Shown piece by piece: positions 29,290-32,000 of a DNA stretch of 32,000 nucleotides. Location: contig NZ_JBHSTI010000008.1 of assembly GCF_042660085.1 (NCBI RefSeq), positions 660,001-692,000 on the forward strand. Direction: 5' to 3'. The notes beneath the pieces were generated by a model. The model saw nothing but the letters and a program-made list of their open reading frames with translations. It did not search any database and had not been told where the DNA came from. The position numbers and the translations under genes are program-made. The stretch comes from Longivirga aurantiaca. GTDB taxonomy: Bacteria; Actinomycetota; Actinomycetes; S36-B12; CAIYMF01. Each line of letters begins with the position of its first letter. The stretch's first letter is position 1.

Positions 29290-29294
29290 GGGAT

Positions 29295-29315
29295 CTCCTC
29301 GATGGGGACGAGGAG
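29295..29315 (-). promoter_or_regulatory. Hairpin overlapping the sir Shine-Dalgarno: CTCCTCG-TCCCCAT-CGAGGAG
   Basis: 7-bp perfect stem with 7-nt loop on the minus strand; the 3' arm is the GAGGAG ribosome-binding site just 5' of the GTG at 29289. Confidence 0.55.
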
Positions 29316-29411
29316 GACGTCGCGGAGCAGCAGGGGTCGGCGCGTCGTGGGAGGACGGCTACCCGGGCCCGGACGGCATCGCTCGTCCAGTGCCAGGGCA
29401 GGCGGGGACGG

Positions 29412-29495
29412 TCAGCCGACGGGCAGACACATCGCGCTGGCAACACGCATGTGGTCGACATGACGTCGAACCACGAGGGCGTTGTGCGCGGACAT
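29412..29495 (-). CDS. 27-aa Cys-containing putative leader peptide of the sulfur assimilation operon
   Basis: Manual translation of 29495->29412: MSAHNALVVRRHVDHMRVASAMCLPVG*. Matches the RRHVDL(x)RVxxAxC pattern of actinobacterial 'putative leader peptide' ORFs found upstream of sulfur/cysteine genes. Absent from the ORF track because of its length. Confidence 0.82.
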   Translation of the reverse strand: MSAHNALVVRRHVDHMRVASAMCLPVG

Positions 29496-29585
29496 GGGAC
29501 CCACAGTGAGGGTCGCCTCACCTGCGATCAACTCCCGGACGGCTTCGTCTCGCACTCCGGACCGGTGCTGGCCGTCGGCGTCAGG

Positions 29586-29600
29586 TGCGAAGACTTCGCA
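29586..29600. promoter_or_regulatory. Perfect palindrome TGCGAAG-A-CTTCGCA in the divergent leader/ALDH intergenic region
   Basis: 7-bp perfect arms around a single central base, 91 nt from the leader start and 99 nt from the ALDH start. Confidence 0.45.
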
Positions 29601-29698
29601 GGACCGCAGCCAGGGTGTCCCGGGCGGCGAGCAGGTGTGAGGAGACCTTCCGTGCGGGCGGGTCCCGCACCCTCGACACGGGCGCTAGGTTCGCCGCC

Positions 29699-31153
29699 AT
29701 GAGCACTCCCACCATCCCCGGCATCGACGCCGGCACCGTCACCCCTGTCCCGATCGACGGCGAGCTCGTCGCCGGCACCGAGGCGATCGAGGTGCGCGCG
29801 CCGTACGACGGCACGCTGCTCGGCTCGGTCCCGGCCCTCGGCGCCGAGGAGGTCGACCGCGCGGTCGCCGCGGCGAAGAAGGCCCTGCACGAGAACCCGC
29901 TGCCTCAGTGGAAGCGGGCGGAGATCCTGGACAAGGCGGCGCTGCTGCTCGCCGAGCGCGAGGAGGAGTTCGCCCGCTGCATCGCGCTCGAGGCGGCCAA
30001 GCCGATCCGCACGGCGCGCGCCGAGGCGCAACGGGCGGTGTCGACGCTGCAGTTCTCCGCGGCGGTCGCGCGCACCCTCGCCGGCGAGGTCGTGCCGATG
30101 GAGGCGTCGGCCGCGGGCATGGGGAAGCTCGCGTTCATCCTGCGCGTGCCGGTGGGCGTGGTGGGGGCGATCGCGCCGTTCAACTTCCCGCTGAACCTCG
30201 TGGCCCACAAGCTCGGTCCGGCGATCGCGGCGGGCTGCCCGGTGGTGCTCAAGCCGGCGAGCCAGACGCCGTTCTCCTCGATCCTGCTGGCGCGGGTGCT
30301 GTTCGAGGCGGGCCTTCCCGCGGGCTACCTGCACGTGGTCACCGGCGGCGGATCCAAGGTCGGCAACCCGATCGTCGACCACGAGGACATCGCGCTCATC
30401 ACGTTCACGGGCTCGCCCGAGGTGGGCTGGGGCATCCGGGCCCGGGCGCCGCGCAAGCGGGTCGGGCTGGAGCTGGGCAACAACGCGCCGCTGATCCTGG
30501 AGGCGGACGGCGACTGGCGCACGGCGGTGGCGAAGGTGAAGGTCGCGGGGTTCAGCCACGCGGGGCAGTCGTGCATCTCCACCCAGCGCCTGTTCGTGCA
30601 CGAGTCGATCGCCGACGAGGTCGTGTCCGAGCTCGCGGCCGCGGTGAGGACGATCGTGGTGGGCGACCCGCTCGACGAGGCCACCGACGTGTCGGCGCTG
30701 ATCAACACCGGTGAGCGCGACCGCGTGGCCGGCTGGGTCAAGGAGGCGGCCGAGCAGGGCGCCACCGTGGCGGCGGGCGGGGAGATCGGCGCCGACGGCG
30801 TCCTGCTCCCCACGCTGGTCGACGGCGCGACTCCGGACATGAAGGTCTGCTCGCAGGAGGTCTTCGGCCCGGTCGTCGCCGTCATCCGGTACAGCGACTT
30901 CGACGACGCCCTGCGTCAGGCCAACGACACCCGCTACGGCCTGCAGGCCGGGGTGTTCACGTCGGACATCACCAAGGGCCTGCGCGCCGCGCGCACCCTG
31001 GACTTCGGCGGAGTCGTCATCAACGAGGTGCCGACCTTCCGCGCCGACCAGCAGCCCTACGGCGGCCTGCGCGACTCCGGCAACACCAAGGAGGGCCCGG
31101 CCTGGTCCGTCCGGGAGATGACCGAGGAACGCCTCATCATCCTCAACGGCTGA
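29699..31153 (+). CDS. Aldehyde dehydrogenase family protein
   Basis: VPVGVVGAIAPFNFPLNLVAHKLGPAIAAGCPVVLKPASQTP, LELGNNAPLIL, catalytic Cys in HAGQSCISTQR, QEVFGPVVAV. Confidence 0.92.
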   Translation: MSTPTIPGIDAGTVTPVPIDGELVAGTEAIEVRAPYDGTLLGSVPALGAEEVDRAVAAAKKALHENPLPQWKRAEILDKAALLLAEREEEFARCIALEAAKPIRTARAEAQRAVSTLQFSAAVARTLAGEVVPMEASAAGMGKLAFILRVPVGVVGAIAPFNFPLNLVAHKLGPAIAAGCPVVLKPASQTPFSSILLARVLFEAGLPAGYLHVVTGGGSKVGNPIVDHEDIALITFTGSPEVGWGIRARAPRKRVGLELGNNAPLILEADGDWRTAVAKVKVAGFSHAGQSCISTQRLFVHESIADEVVSELAAAVRTIVVGDPLDEATDVSALINTGERDRVAGWVKEAAEQGATVAAGGEIGADGVLLPTLVDGATPDMKVCSQEVFGPVVAVIRYSDFDDALRQANDTRYGLQAGVFTSDITKGLRAARTLDFGGVVINEVPTFRADQQPYGGLRDSGNTKEGPAWSVREMTEERLIILNG

Positions 31154-31171
31154 GGCACCACCGAGCGCGTC

Positions 31172-31206
31172 GAAGGGCCGGCACCCGTCACGGGTGCCGG
31201 CCCTTC
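31172..31206. terminator. Strong hairpin between convergent genes, probable bidirectional terminator
   Basis: GAAGGGCCGGCACCCG-TCA-CGGGTGCCGGCCCTTC: 16-bp perfect stem, 3-nt loop, between genes ending at 31153 (+) and 31236 (-). Confidence 0.75.
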
Positions 31207-31235
31207 GCACGTCGGTGCGGGCACGGGCGGCGGGC

Positions 31236-31898
31236 TCAGGCGGCGGCGCTGCCGGCGTCCTCGCTGCCGAGGCCGTCGAAGGCCTGGCCGAAGCGGCCCG
31301 CGAATGCGAGCTCCTCGAGGCCGAGGCGGCTGCGTGCGGCACCCTCGCGGGCCCGGGCCCAGCCGGGGAGGCCCGCGGCATCGCCGAGACGGCCCACGGC
31401 GAGGACGGCGACGGGCCGGTAGCCCACGGGCACCTCGAACGCGTCGACCACGGCCTCGGCGTCGAAGCCGCCGATCTGGTGGACGTGCAGACCCAGCGAC
31501 TCCGCCTGCACCGTCAGCTGCGCGACGGCGAGGCCGAGCTCGTACGGCCCGACGGCGCGAGCGCTGCCGTCGTCCTCGACGACTCGGGTGAGCGCGGCAA
31601 CGAGCACCGGCGCGCGATGGGCCCAGGCCCGGTTCGGCGGGGCCAGCGTGCCGAGCAGCCCGGTGTGGGTCGCGTCCGGGCCGTCCTCGGTGGTGCGGCC
31701 GACGAGGAACCGCCACGGCTGGGCATTCATCGCGCTCGGCGCCCAGCGGGCAGCCTCGAGAAGGGACACGACCTCGGCGTCGGGAAGCGGAGCGGCGTCG
31801 AAGGCGCGCGGGCTCCACCGGTCGGCGACGAGCGGGTGCACCGCGGTGGCGCCGGTGCGTCCGTGCGCGGTTCCGGGTCGGGTGCTGGTCGTGCTCAC
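31236..31898 (-). CDS. Nitroreductase family protein
   Basis: VADRWSPRAFDAAPLPDAEVVSLLEAARWAPSAMNAQPWRFLVG...PYELGLAVAQLTVQAESLGLHVHQIGGFD. Confidence 0.85.
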   Translation of the reverse strand: MSTTSTRPGTAHGRTGATAVHPLVADRWSPRAFDAAPLPDAEVVSLLEAARWAPSAMNAQPWRFLVGRTTEDGPDATHTGLLGTLAPPNRAWAHRAPVLVAALTRVVEDDGSARAVGPYELGLAVAQLTVQAESLGLHVHQIGGFDAEAVVDAFEVPVGYRPVAVLAVGRLGDAAGLPGWARAREGAARSRLGLEELAFAGRFGQAFDGLGSEDAGSAAA

Positions 31899-31923
31899 GG
31901 TGCCCTCCAGGGTCTGTGATCTA

Positions 31924-31937
31924 GTTGAACGCTCAAC
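31924..31937. promoter_or_regulatory. Inverted repeat GTTGA-ACGC-TCAAC upstream of the nitroreductase gene
   Basis: 5-bp perfect arms within CTAGTTGAACGCTCAACAACTGG, 26 nt upstream of the start at 31898; resembles MarR-type operators. Confidence 0.45.
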
Positions 31938-32000
31938 AACTGGAGGCGTCGACGCATTCCCGCGGGTCGGCGGCGTGTCGGCGCGGCCGTTGCGGGGCTG

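Noticed and set aside
29279-29521. 80-aa minus-strand ORF MRRPSLWVPC...MSTTCVLPARCVCPSA... as an alternative Cys-rich leader
   Set aside because: It has more cysteines but is in a different frame from RRHVDHMRVASAMC and runs past the sir start. The 27-aa frame matches the known leader pattern and is preferred.

Overview
High-GC actinobacterial-type chromosomal DNA, densely packed with ordinary-looking genes. No phage, transposase, CRISPR, tRNA or rRNA was recognised. Two multigene blocks dominate. (A) About 1-16.9 kb is a catabolic/peptidase locus: a histone deacetylase/acetylpolyamine amidohydrolase-like fragment, a P1-family peptidase, a CocE/NonD hydrolase, an MFS transporter, two paralogous Rieske oxygenase alpha subunits, a TetR regulator, a SolA/sarcosine-oxidase-like flavoenzyme, a complete Dpp/Opp-type ABC importer and an S9 oligopeptidase. 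(B) About 19.9-29.5 kb is a tightly overlapping minus-strand sulfur assimilation operon: sir, cysH (APS reductase type), cysD, cysN, ssuABC-like, cysG, cbiX. Between and after these lie a DUF3052-like protein, phenylalanine 4-monooxygenase, a coiled-coil protein of unknown function, an aldehyde dehydrogenase and a nitroreductase. The best non-obvious signals are: (1) an unlisted 27-aa leader peptide, MSAHNALVVRRHVDHMRVASAMCLPVG, upstream of sir, with a downstream hairpin overlapping the sir Shine-Dalgarno; (2) a near-identical 16-bp CTGAC-N6-GTCAG site upstream of both the second Rieske gene and the ABC binding-protein gene; (3) a 62-nt inverted repeat with 22-bp perfect inner arms that supplies the stop codon of the cbiX-like gene; (4) a CTGGACA-ACA-TGTCCAG palindrome before phhA. 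I found no clearly new enzymatic or defence system. The two-Rieske plus SolA locus is the most plausible under-described pathway.
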